Assembly: GCF_003704095.1 (NCBI RefSeq)
Contig: NW_020843420.1
Location: 1 to 64,000 of the forward strand
Source of the DNA: Pocillopora damicornis
Taxonomy: Eukaryota
Direction of reading: 5' to 3'
Length of the DNA stretch: 64,000 nt
The position numbers and the translations under genes are program-made. Each line of letters starts with the position of its first letter. Position 1 is the stretch's first letter. This document shows, piece by piece, positions 47,401 to 59,891 of the stretch. The notes under the pieces were generated by a model. It was not told the DNA's origin, did no database searches, and saw only the letters and a program-made list of their open reading frames with translations.

Positions 47401-50400
47401 GTTTTTATCTCTTCAAACTTACTGTCAGTTAGATGCTGAATGTCCCGTGACATAGGTTTAATCCATGACTTGTAGGAACGGGACCGGATTTCTTTGAACA
47501 TCACCAGACAATAAAAGACCAAGTAGTGATATATGCAAAGGCTTGTCGGGGAAGAAGCAAAGCCATATTTGTAATGCAAAGGGTAGCTTGTAGGAGTACT
47601 GCATCTTTCGTTGACACCCAAGAAGGGCACAAATACAGAGAAATATCTGCCAAGAGTTTACTTAAACCACCATGTGCTGGTTTAAAGTTGTTGTGAACAT
47701 GACTTCCATTTTGAAAGAAGAAATGTTGTTGCAAAAGCAGGACTATGATATGCAGTGCAATAGCCCTGACCATCAGCATTAGCACCATATTGCCATGTAT
47801 AAATAGTGGAGAATAATATCTGGTTAATGTTGACAGAATATTAAATCAATCAGCTCAATAAGCTGTTAAATATAAAAGGTGAGAAACAGGGTTTTTATGA
47901 TTCAAATTTGTGTATCAAAGATGGAAATTGAACAATGGAACTTAAGTGAATCACAAAATGTTTGTGATCTCACCCTGTGAGATTGCTCTGAAAACTTTAC
48001 AAAAATGTTAGGGACTTAAGGGTACTTTCTCATTTACCATGTGATAACTTAACAGTTGTGGATCTTTTGAAAGCCAGTAACCCTAACCCTAACAATAACA
48101 TATTTGTTACTGCCCCATATTTTCTCATGTGTCTCCTAAAATGAAAAAGTGTATTAACTAATAAGATATACAGATTTGACAAGTAAATGATTGATTATTT
48201 GCACTTGTCAACCCTTTGATGGGTGAATTAAGTCATCACTCTGTTATCTTAAGTATTGATACATGTTTGGGAACTGAAGCATGTTTCTGCTCCAAAATGC
48301 ACAAAAATGCATCTGTAACTGACAAATTTCAAACTTTTTTCGGGAAGCACACATGCTGAGTACCTACAGTTGCTAGGGCAAGAACCATCAAGCCTTGTAT
48401 AAGGTATGCCTGCATGCCAGATCCAGATACCTTGCTGCTCCATACATCAATGAAACTCCCACATACTTTTATCATTAACCGTTGGGGATGGCTTATGATG
48501 TCCAACCCAATCAGTTTGTTAGCTTAAAAACTGACATTTTATTGGCTGATAGAGCTCCAATGTAAACAAGCCTTTGGACTATTTAAGTTTGACTTGAAGT
48601 ATATCAGACCACCTGGTGTACTGTCAATGTTTGTACTTATTTATTCATCTGTTTTTCTACCCACATCTAATCACTCCAGCTGTCAGTAATGCTCATCAGT
48701 TACTTTTGGATAATGACAGAATGAAAAAGGTTCATGAAATTCTTGAAGAAGCACAAGCAATGGTCAAGGCTAATGTAAGTGACCTCTGTCTAGGAAATGG
48801 GAACGTTAGATATTCTTCATGTATCATTGTCTGGAAAGGCTGGAAATGATCACTTACAACAAAAACCCTAAAACTAATCTATGGGAAAATAAATTTTCAG
48901 TGTTGATACTAAATTAATCATGAACATGACACAAAGACATGCAATATACATATATGTGCATCTCTGGGAGAATTCTTAGTGATTCAAATGTATGTGAGGA
49001 CTGCTTTATGAGTGCAAAGTCCTGAATATTTCAATTGCCTGATAATATACAAACTTGTTAAGTGTTATTATCTTACTATAAAGTTTATAGTAAACATGAT
49101 TATTGTGCAAAATAAATTTTTTAATTACAAATCATCATTGATTGTTGCTGTGAAATATTTGGCTTAGACAGGCATGCTTCAAGTTTTCTTTGGTTATAAT
49201 TTATATCTAGGGGCTATATCATCACTGATATGTGTTCTTAATTTTTTCTTTGTTCAATAAATCATATTACTCCAACTTTATTTTTTTTTCATGAATCGAT
49301 GGAGGGTGTAATGATGTAAGGGCATACTTCAATAGTATATATTTTTGTGAACTGTGCAGCTAAACCAGGGTGTCCTATTTTAGCTTAAGGAAAAGAAAAA
49401 GCAAGCAAGGAAAGAGGGCAGAGAGAAGATTGAAGAAGAGGAAGATCCAGATAAGGTAAAGAAATGATAATGTTCAGTTTATTAGGAATTTTACACATAT
49501 GATCCTTTTGCATGGAGCAAGTTTGTGTTTTAATACTCACCACGTGCATTGTAGAAGAAATATAAGTACTAGTCTATCTGAATCATTATTGTTGGAAGAT
49601 TCTATAATGGTTAAATAGTTTGTTTCAAGTTAAAACTGAAATATATATCCTGCTTGTTATCTTAAGTGTGATATTTCAATCAAGGAAGTGTTAATAGATG
49701 ACATTCAGAAGTAATTTGTTCGCCCAGTGTTGACCTTGTGCTTTTATGCACACCAAACTGTCTATGAATAAACCCAAATGAATAAAAAATACATTGTAAA
49801 ACTGAACTGAGAGTTAAGAAAATCTAAACTGTCCAAACTTTAATAGTTACAGCAAACAACTATTTTATTGACTTGACACTGAGAGCAAGAAATTGTACAA
49901 ATGAAAACAATACAAATTCATACAGATCACGATTGTACAAACTAGTTTGTAGTCAGGAGGACAGTGTTGATAGCGACACTAATAAATCAAGAGATGATGT
50001 TTGTGGGCATAAATATGTTTTGGATGTGACTCAGTGTCATTTTAGATCTGACAAGGGCTTAAACATTTGTATGCCCACGAACATTAACTTAAGTCAAATA
50101 TTATCACTTGGAAGGGATTGAGGAAATAATAGCTGGAAAAATACACAGTCTGAACAATCACAGGGGTATGTAAGCAGGCCAAAATACATTTTAGCTTGCA
50201 AAATACACTGCTATGCCTCACAAAGTGACAATAGTGTAGATTTGTGTCACTTTACATGGAGATTTGATGGTGATGATGATGATATCATGACAAGTAAATC
50301 CTGTATCTTTTATTGCAGTATAAAGATGATTGAATTAAAACCACAATGATTTCAATATACTTTTGTTTGTATTCTATCCATAGTTATCAAAACTGGTCCA

Positions 50401-51127
50401 CTCCACAACTGTCAAACTGTTTGCTGATTATGAAATTAAGAGGAGGGCACAAGAGGAAAAAGATACTGAGCTAAGGTAAAACTACTGCAGGAGAAAATAG
50501 TAGAAAGCAAAGTGATTTGTCACTCTTTGAGATTTAGCATTCCAGTCAATTGGCTGTATTCCTGTTCATGTAGTCCAATGCTTTTGCAAGCATATAACTA
50601 TATGCAGCCATAGCATCAATCCACTCTAATTGCATTTTTTAGCACAACATTTTGTTCATAAACACGAGTTTGACCTTCATACAGGAAGCGACAACGTGAA
50701 CAAGAGATAGCTGAAGAAGAAGCAACAAAGAAGAAGAAAGAGTGGGAAAAACAATGGGAGGTAAGTTCCCTTGAAAATAAGGCATATTCCAAAGTTCAAG
50801 TACAGCATAAGCTTTTCCTTTGAAATTAATATCCTTTTGGTGAAAATAAACTTAAGTGACAAGCCCTTTAGTTTGAAGCTGTTTGATGAGAGTTTTCCAA
50901 GTTATTTAAGAAACCTATATTCCCTTATCATGCTGTTTCAGCTTTGTAATAATTTTAGATTCGTTTGATTACAATTATTTACTCTAACTTTCATTTCCCT
51001 TTGAAAGGAAAGTCGCACAAACCGCGTAGATAGTTGGAGAACGTTTCAAGCTGGAGGGAAAAAGAAGAAAGAAAAGAGGGGTCGCACTGCTTTCAAACCA
51101 CCTGCCCTTAGACCTGAGAAACGCTGA
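41479..51127 (+). CDS. DNAJC8: DnaJ homolog subfamily C member 8 (splicing-associated J protein, Spf31-like), 9 exons, ~251 aa
   Basis: Exons 41479-41553, 42017-42118, 42522-42578, 42929-42995, 48680-48774, 49384-49455, 50384-50475, 50685-50760, 51008-51127 (756 nt). Motifs EVKEIEKRDSVLT, RPGSTYFNLNPYEVLQ, LVHPDKN (HPD), EESRTNRVDSWR. AATAAA at 51242-51247. Confidence 0.95.
43835..47800 (-). mobile_element. Decayed CR1/L2-clade LINE in DNAJC8 intron 4 (APE + RT)
   Basis: APE motifs LDILFLAE, IMGDL.VDF, LDHIW, SDH. RT motifs KATGDDGISAKLLK, WKVAKVTPIFKK, RPISVLPILSKVFEK, QSGFR, MYVDDTTL. Many stops and frameshifts. AATAAA plus ATTG-like tail near 43835-43860. The 5' boundary is approximate. 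Confidence 0.88.
44865..45650. mobile_element. 786-bp non-autonomous DNA transposon nested in the LINE RT
   Basis: TIRs GGTAAAAGTGAAGAACAGTTCCC / GGGAGCTATTGTTCACTTTTACT. TSD CAAAGTTG at 44857-44864 and 45651-45658. Subterminal CCGACAG/CTGTYGG repeats. Confidence 0.85.
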
Positions 51128-51511
51128 GCATCAGAGAGTGTTCTAAGTCCTAAATCGCTAAAATTGCTGTATACATGTATCTCAGCACTCCCTGATTATT
51201 CTTTCAACTGTAAATATTTTTATACTCATTATCTGAAGCGTAATAAATTCTGACATGGTTGTGTCGCATAGCTTCTTGATACATGAGATCTATGTTCGTT
51301 TTATTTGGTTATTACTACTTTGTTGCCATTCTTATTCTTCCTAGGACTCCTCTCTTCCAAACGCAATCGCTGCGTGAAACCAGTTTCCAACCAATTAAGT
51401 TAAACCGTTTGGGTACAAACCCTGCTAATTTAGCTGAGCAGACAGATATTGTTCAAGAGTCTCTTTGAACTTTTTACAAGAAAAGCTTGTTAAAACATCA
51501 GAATATCTTAA

Positions 51512-51655
51512 CTCTCTCACCCCCATGGGAGACAAAAAAGTAATATCTAAGTTTAACACAGACGTGTAGAGAGAAAATATTAACCAAAGAGATGATCGTT
51601 TGACACCCAACAAAAAGAGCCACTGAATGCTTATTTAGATTTTGGGGGTGAAGGG
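51512..51655. mobile_element. piggyBac-like MITE remnant
   Basis: TTAA-CTCTCTCACCCCCA ... TGGGGGTGAAGGG-TTAA. Confidence 0.6.
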
Positions 51656-52333
51656 TTAAAGCATTCCACAATTCCAGCCTTCTTCTGTTTAATTTAATTT
51701 CAAAAACAAGATACTCCAACGCTAACCTCAGGACCTACTCATCTGATCTACTAGTATGAACTTCTTCCTTTGAAGAAAGAAATCCGTAGAATTCACTTCT
51801 GGTTAACTGGGGTCTGTGGAGAGGATATTTATATTGACCTCATCACCTTTCGTACGTCGTAATCAGTTTTTCTCTTGATTCTACAGAGCCCCTGAAGTTT
51901 GTTTCGTTTGATATTTGCCAACATACTGAAACATGAATCGATATTAGCTTTGTTTCGGTTACGAAGGCCGCGGTGGGACTGCACCTTCCCTCCGCCTACA
52001 TCAAGGCTTGGTGTCTCAGCTATCAGATTGCTTTAACATGAGCACGGAAACATTTACCCGTGTAGAGTTTTTATTTTTACTGTGTCTTCTAATGTCGAGG
52101 GTAAAGGATATCAAAGTCTTAGCTTTCATACAACTTTAAAGTTCTAAATACCAAGCTTAGTATAAGTGAAGAGCCTGGATTTTGTGAGCAAGAATTTGTA
52201 AATTATAAGTCGCTTGTCAATCAAGTACGCACTTCTGACACGAACACGAAAGTGGAGATGTTTTGAGCACGGCAAACTGCTGTACTGCAGAAAACAGTTT
52301 GATTTTACGAGGGAAGAACGATCAAAAAGAGTT

Positions 52334-55300
52334 ATGGAAACAAATAATATCGCAACGTTTATTAGGGATCGTGAAGTCAAGGTAAGGTTCTTTTTTTTTC
52401 TGAATTTAAATAATACACAGCGTTGGAGCGCAGTTTAACCCTACATTTTTTCTTCATTTTTGAATTGTCTTCTCTATAGTCGTCCATCACGCGAGCTTTC
52501 CAGAGAAGATTTCAACTCCATCAACCTTTTGTTGAAAGGCTTGGACTCGAAACAGAGCTCGAGGTAATGTAAGGTTTTGCTGAATTAAAAATCAGCGTCA
52601 TAATATTATCAGACAAACTCTTTCTTGCTAGCTACAATTCAAATCCAAGTCTTTTCAATGTTTATTTTTAGTCTGCCGGGTTTTCTGTCGGATTCAGTAT
52701 GTATATTTTTTGTCCTATCCACAACTGAGGCTAAGCAACTGTGTTTTCTAGATTGCATGGTTCGCGGAAGTGTGAAACTTGCCCAGCGTTTTGCCTAATT
52801 TGATGCAGAAATCGTAAATCAGTTTTGCCATTCGTTAAGAAAGCGCTTTGAAATAAACAGGAATGTTGACCAACTTAATTAATGCTAGCGAAACTTTGAC
52901 GTCTTCTTACATAGGACCAGTTGATCTTGAAATTTAGCTGGGGCCACTTAATTCAAATTTCTGAGGTTTTTTTATGGAATTATTTTGTGACTCACAATTG
53001 TGGTGAGGATATTGCTTTTTTCTTATGTTGTCCGATAAGAGATCCGATATAAGCTTGTCAGTAACGATAATAGACGCTTTAGTCCACGGGAGCTTTCGTG
53101 TCATCAAGTTATGTTTTAGAGGAAATGGGATTAATACTCTTTTCTGGATTAATAGACGATCAGAATATTCGGAAACATGTTAAAAAGGTACTGCAGGTTT
53201 TAAACTATAGAAGGGTTTCCATTTTGCAAAGGCTCGGTAGCCTGTTTTTGTTACTGATTAAACTATCATGTTTTTCAACTAGGGTCATTCTGGATGTGTT
53301 AATTGTTTGGAGTGGAATGAAAATGGAAAGTAAGTGATAGTTTGTAACCGGGTTTCCTTTACTGCCAACAGCAAATGACACCAAGTATTTTAGGTAATAA
53401 TTATATAATAATTACACAATATTGATTATAATTATTTTCATGTATGGTTAGTTATTAACTTTTAACTGTTGTTTGTACTCTAATGTGTTCACCTTGTGAC
53501 ATGTAAAGGTAAAAATTTATAGCAATGTGTGCTCCTCTTGCAGTCTTCTTTTGTCTGGTTCAGATGATCTAAATGCTATATTATGGGACCCTCTGAGACG
53601 TCACAAAAAGTGCTGCATTAAAACAGGCCACTCAGGAAACATCTTCTCTGTCAAGGTATTACATTCAAGAAGATGCTTACCATATAGTAGATAAAAATGT
53701 GACTTCCCATGTCATCACTGTACCACTGGTAATATTTAGGGAGTCCTAGAACCTTTGAAGTTAGAGCAATGAGTGATATTAAGGCATGGGGGGGAGGGGG
53801 AGGGGGTATGACTTGTTCTGAGGAATAGGCTAGGCGGAAAACTGCAGGCTTGGTTGGATGAGGCTACTATAGGGGGCTTGTATTAGTATTGAGGTTGTGG
53901 CTGCTCTGGTCTGAGAATGTAATGAGACTGGATTTTGCCACATTATGGTATTCCTCTATGTAACCATTAAAAAAAATTATCCACATTGTGCTTTCTAGTT
54001 CTTGCCACAGATTGGAGCTCGAATAATTGCAACAGCTGCTGCCGATGCTAAAGTTCAGATTCATACAGTGGAAACACAAGAAACATCACAGGTATATAAA
54101 TGTCATATTGGACGTGTGAAGAGACTAGCTACAGCTCCAGATACTCCGTATATGTTGTGGAGTGCATCTGAAGATGGAACCATAAGGTAATTGATCTATT
54201 AGCCTAAATATCAATGTAGTAGTAAACTGGTGAAACATAAAGGTGATGTGATATGCATAAAAAAAAAGATCTTATTTTCCTGAAAGAAATAGAGAAATAG
54301 AAATTTTGTTAAAGAAATAGAGAAAGATGTTTTTTCATCTTGTGACAAGCTTGAGACAAAGAAAAATTCTGAGTCCCCATCAGGAATGGAACCTCAGACC
54401 TTCACATTCCATGCTTTGATGCTCTACCAGTGAGCCACAAAGATGCTACGGTGAACAAGATCTATTATGAAGTTCATATTACACAAATCCTGCATACTGC
54501 TAGGATCAGCAATGTCAATAGCATTATGTTTATAAATAGAATAATCTATTTCTTTACTGAGTTCAAAACTTACCATCTCTCGTATTCTATTTACAAACAT
54601 GACATTATTGACATTGCTGATCCTAACAGTATGCAGGACACATGTCATATGAACTTCATAGTAGAGTCTGTGGCTCAGTGGTAGAGCATCGCAGTGTGGA
54701 ATCCAAAGGTCTGAGGTTCAATTCCTCTTGGGGACTCAGAATTTTTTGTTTGTCCCATGCTTGTGAAGAGGAAAAAACATCTTTCTTTGATATATAACTT
54801 ATGAATGAATGATTTATTTGTGGTATTGTGATATGCTAATAAGGCTGTGTGGTACCGAGCATACTGCTGAATGCCTTGTTGGCAAAGCCAGGTTTGAGTT
54901 CAATTCCAGGGAGTTTAATCTCATTTAATCTCGTTGAATGAAAGAGTTTCTTTGAGCCCATGATAAGTAAAGATACTGGCTTTAAATTGAATTTTTGTTC
55001 TGCACTTGTGTCTTGGTGTTTGTATTTAGTTTATGGAGAGTCTGCAAAATGAATGGCACTAAACTGTTCAAAGATTATAGGCTTCTCTTTTCCTGGTTTG
55101 CATTTAGTCAATCCTGGTTTGAAAATAATTGCTGCATAATTTGTTGTTTTCAACAGGCAATTTGATTTGCGGCAACCTCACAACTGTAATACAAGCAGTA
55201 AGAACTGCAAGAATGTACTCATAAATCTCAACATTTATGTTGGTGCCATGGCAGAGGCAAAGTGTCTAGCAATAAATCCTTTACAACCTGAACTTCTTGC

Positions 55301-57751
55301 TGTTGGCTGCAATGATCCTTTTGTGCGATTATATGACCACAGAATGTTAGCATCTTATAGTTTGTCTGCTGAGGTCAAGAGACCCTCTAGTGGTAACAGC
55401 AGCTGTACTGAGGATTTAAAGCTTCCCCCTGGTTGTGTTCAGTACTTTGCTCCTGGCCATTTGCCACCACAGCTAAGCAAAGATTCACGGAGACGATTTC
55501 GAGCCTATGTTGCCACCTATGTGAATTTTTCACCAAATGGATGTGAACTTATTGCAAATTTAGGTGGTGAACAAATATATTTGTTTGATATTAAACGCCA
55601 TCGCAAAGCCATGAGGTATCAAGGTTTTAATGGACTTTGTTCATCACCTACATCGAATGGTGTGGTGAAAAATGTAGTAGGTAATTTTGGTATTCCTTCA
55701 GGGAAAAATGGATTTTTAAATTCTCTTAATGGATCTACAAATGGTTACAAGGTCCCAGCCTTAAATGGAAAGAAAACTGTCTCAGAGAAAAGATCTTCAA
55801 AGCCTATAAGTGGCTGCAGTTATTCAACTAACACCTCCCAGCAATTGCCCCTGAAAGCACTTCAACTTAAGGAGAAAGGGAATGATGCCTTCTGCCAACA
55901 ACAGTTTTGGACAGCAGTTAACTTGTATAATGAAGCAATAGTCCATGCGTCTGATTCTGCTGTCCTATATGCAAACAGGGCTGCTGCTTATATTAAGAGG
56001 GCTTGGTATGTAATGACCTGACTTAGCTGTGTTTTGCAAGATATGTGGGAAAGTTATTATTGTATTACAAACTGACTCCTCATTTATTGTCACAAAGATA
56101 TTACAAAAAAGTTTAGGGATCAGAATGCCTCATGGGAGTGGGAAACACAGTGACCCAAATGGTCAGCCTGAGGTTTGGGTTCAAGACCTAGCAGGGTAGT
56201 TGGATTGTGTTCTCACACAACACTCTTAACTCTCACTTAACCCTCATGGTGCCTCTACCAACCAAAAGTAGAAATGGATCCTGATAATGGGAAAGGGATT
56301 GCAATGCTAGGGGGAAGTCTGGGAAGGACCAGCTTCACATCAGATTGTGGGGGAGGGACAATACTCTTGGTGGCTTCATACTACAGCATGGGCCACTGTC
56401 CTCAAATAAAGACTATTTCTTGATTCATAACTAGGGGAAACTATTGCTATTAACTTCCACTTTGGCTGAGATAACAAAATGCTTATTTCAAACAAATTGT
56501 TTTTTTCGTTCTTTACAGGGATGGGGACATTTATGCTGCTTTGCGTGACTGCTACAGAGCTCTGGGATTAGACCCAAATCATACTAAGGCCCATTTTCGT
56601 CAAGCTCGATGTTTGTATGAACTACACTGGTTCCAGGAGGCCCTCTCCTGCCTCAATCATTTCAAGTTAAAATTTCCAGAGCAAGCAGAAGGAAGTGCAG
56701 CAAAAACATTAGAGAGAGATATCAGAGCTGCTGCATTTGCTGAGACTTGTGGTGGGTGTAGTTGGACAGTAATAAGTTCAATGTTATTTCTGGGTCTGGA
56801 TGTTTGAAAACCTTGATGTATGCTAATTCACTATGAAATATGTAAACCAGCAATTGCATCACTTTCACTGACAATTTTAGTTTCCTAGTGGCAAATTATC
56901 ATGTGCAAACTATCTAGGATTGGGTCAAATAGGCTGGTATCTAATGGAAGTCTCAAATTTCCTGATAAAATCAATTTGTGCCTACCTGCTTCCACCTCTG
57001 GGGTAGTCAGAGGAAAAGAGCAGAGTCTCTTTCAACAGAAACTCTGATGAAAACTGAACAAAAAATTACAGCCAGAAATTATTCATAACAGGTTTGAGAA
57101 CAATGTTGTTACGATTGTTTCATTCAGCATTTTTGTGATTAGCTTGAGTCAGTGTTATTCTTAGTGACTTGAGATACTCTTATATGTCTAGAAAACAGTG
57201 AAGGAGAGTCAAATGCTCAGTCTGAACCACTTCCAAATCGGCGCAGGAGACGGCCTAGCATTGTGTCTGATCAAGAGAAAGAATTTCGAGCTGGAGCACT
57301 TGATTACGATCGGCGGTTCTGTGGACATTGTAACACAACTACAGATATAAAAGAGTCCAACTTTTTTGGCAACAATGGACAGTTTATTGTGGCAGGCAGT
57401 GATGATGGTTCATTTTTCATGTGGGACAAAGAGACAACAAATTTAGTGAGAGTTCTAAAGGGAGATGATTCTATTGTGAATTGCTTGCAACCACATCCAA
57501 GCATGTGTCTTCTGGCTACAAGTGGAATTGATCCTGTAATCAGATTGTGGAGTCCATGTCCAAGGAGTGGAGATATACAAGATAGACTTATAGATGAAGT
57601 TGAAGCTGCTGCAAGGGCAAATCAGCGTAGAATGAATGCTGATCCTTTGGAAGTGATGCTTATGAACATGGGATACAGATCAAGATTCACCATGGGAGAG
57701 GGTAGTGATGAAGATGACACTGAAACCCCAATACAGTGTCGTACTAGTTAG
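52334..57751 (+). CDS. WDTC1: WD and tetratricopeptide repeats protein 1 (DCAF9/adipose), 8 exons, ~706 aa
   Basis: Exons 52334-52381, 52480-52563, 53283-53329, 53544-53655, 53999-54186, 55157-56005, 56519-56751, 57192-57751 (2121 nt). Motifs RLGLETELEGHSGCVNCLEWNE, GHSGNIFSVKFLP, TPR KEKGNDAF...YANRAAAYIKRAWDGD, RFCGHCNTTTDIKE, ANQRRMNADPLE, C-terminal QCRTS. AATAAA at 57775-57780. Confidence 0.95.
54310..54790. mobile_element. Inverted pair of tRNA-derived repeats (family A) in WDTC1 intron 5
   Basis: Plus head GTGGCTCAGTGGTAGAGCATCG...GAGGTTCAATTCCTC (about 54669-54727) is mirrored at about 54378-54438. Confidence 0.75.
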
Positions 57752-59891
57752 ACAACAAATTTATTTTACCATTCAATAAAACTAGAACTCACCCAAATAG
57801 GTCATGTGTGGATGTAAGATACTTGCAAAATAAGCTGTCCAGTTTTGGACATATAGTGTAAAAACAAATGGAATTACAAGTTTTTACTGATCAAAAATAA
57901 CCCATCCTCTCTCCTCAATTTCTTCCCTTTCCTTCAGCCATCAATTCATGGATGTAGTCTCCCTCAAGCTTGTTTTTGATTGAATGGGTATCAATGACAG
58001 TGACTCCCTGGTGATGGCTGCAAAGGAATGCTGAGCTTTGGACAAGGTGGATGGGTATTTTTTAAAATCAGTCATGAATGTCATCTTGTTTAAAGTGGTC
58101 AGAAATGTTTTGGATTACATGCGATACATGTTTTTCCAGGCCAACTAGGGTAACAAATTTAAAGCCTTTTTTCCAAGAAATGAAAGTTGCTGCCATTGAC
58201 CCCTCTAGTCCTTTGTTAAAAGCTTACTAATTTAACTAAGGATAGTTGTCCAATACCAGGTGATAACACATTTGACCTTGCCAGGACAAGTAGCTGACCA
58301 GCTGTTTGTTGACCATACTCAGGTCTTCCAAACCCTCCAGAATGTTGTTTGGGAGAGTTTTGATGTCATGGCTTTTGTGTTGCATTTTTATTTAAATGAA
58401 CCCAAGACACAAATGTCACTGAGGGATAGTATCTTGGTTTTCTTAGATTGCTCTGGTGAGTTTTTGATATGCTAATTGGACATTTTATATGACATCAACA
58501 ATGAGGTTACCTTTGATTCCAAAATTTATCACTTAATTTGTTTTTTATACTCGGTAGATTTCTTTGTAGGAAAAGCTAACAATGAATGGTACTGAAGTAA
58601 TTATCAACTATGGAAGCTGATTTAAACTTCTTCGATGTATGGCTGCACATCATAGATAGTCAGAAATGGGGATATGGTTTACAACGAATTTAATTCTCAA
58701 ACCTAACTTGTAGTTAAGATATTTTTGCAAACATTGGCAACCATATTATTGATGGCTCCAAGTGAAATTTAAAGGTCTCTCCTGTACATTTCTGGGCATT
58801 TGTCCCCTATGTACATTTCCAAGTACATTTTTTTTTGTAATTTCAAGTTTTAGGAGTGAAAAAATAAACTGTGATAACATGCTTCTAAGCTGTCTTCACC
58901 ACTGTAATGAGCACACTCTAAACACAATAAATTGCTGAGAAAATGGTCAAGGCAGTGAATGACCTATATTAGATGTACTTGCCTATTTACTGCCTTTTAC
59001 CACTGACTTTTTGTGTGCTCCTTTGGTTGTATACTTCATTGCCTCTTGTTATGTTTACAGTCCAGATTCACAATATTCACCCATGTTCTTGTTTTTTAGT
59101 CCCATTATTTTGGTGGAATGCTTAAAGCTGCCTTGTAGGACTTGTCAGTCCATTAGAAACCTTTACCCCAAATGGCCTTTAATGTCAAAACAGTATACAC
59201 TCATTTCTGAATTTTCTATCTTAAATAAGGCGACCAATTTAAGTAAAGGTAGCCCTATTGGCCTATCATTTTCTTTGATGATGAAGATGAACCCTTAAGC
59301 TACAAAGGACAAATTGTGATGAATCATAGATAGGCCTGCACCATTCATCCTTTTATTCTAATATTCTAATCAGAAATCTCTCCCTCACAGTCATTATACT
59401 TTGTTCAGAAGTGCTCCTAATGGAAGTAGTGGTTTGTGATGAGAACATACCTGCACACACGCACAGACCAAAATTATTATCTAGATATGATCTTTTTCAC
59501 CTAGGTTGCCTTCTTCAGCTTTGAGTTATTAACTGAAATGTATGGGAAACCTCTGCTACTACCATCAACTATCTATTTCATCAGTAGCATATAAGCTAGG
59601 TTGTATACTTCTGGTAATATAAATTGACCATTTCCTAAGTTAAAATAGTTAAATCTTAAATTAAATATAAATACAACTTTTTGGAATAACTAAATAAAAG
59701 ATGTTTGATCACTTCCACAGGACTAACTTGTAAATGAAGATATGTGCTGTCTGTAAGAAAGTGGACTTCATTTTGAAGTAAAATTGAAATTCAAGTCCAA
59801 AAAGTGCAATAAAGAGATCCATTAGGTAACTTTTGAGGCTACAAAATATATTTAATTAAGCTTTCATAGTGTATGAAAGCAAGTTAAATTC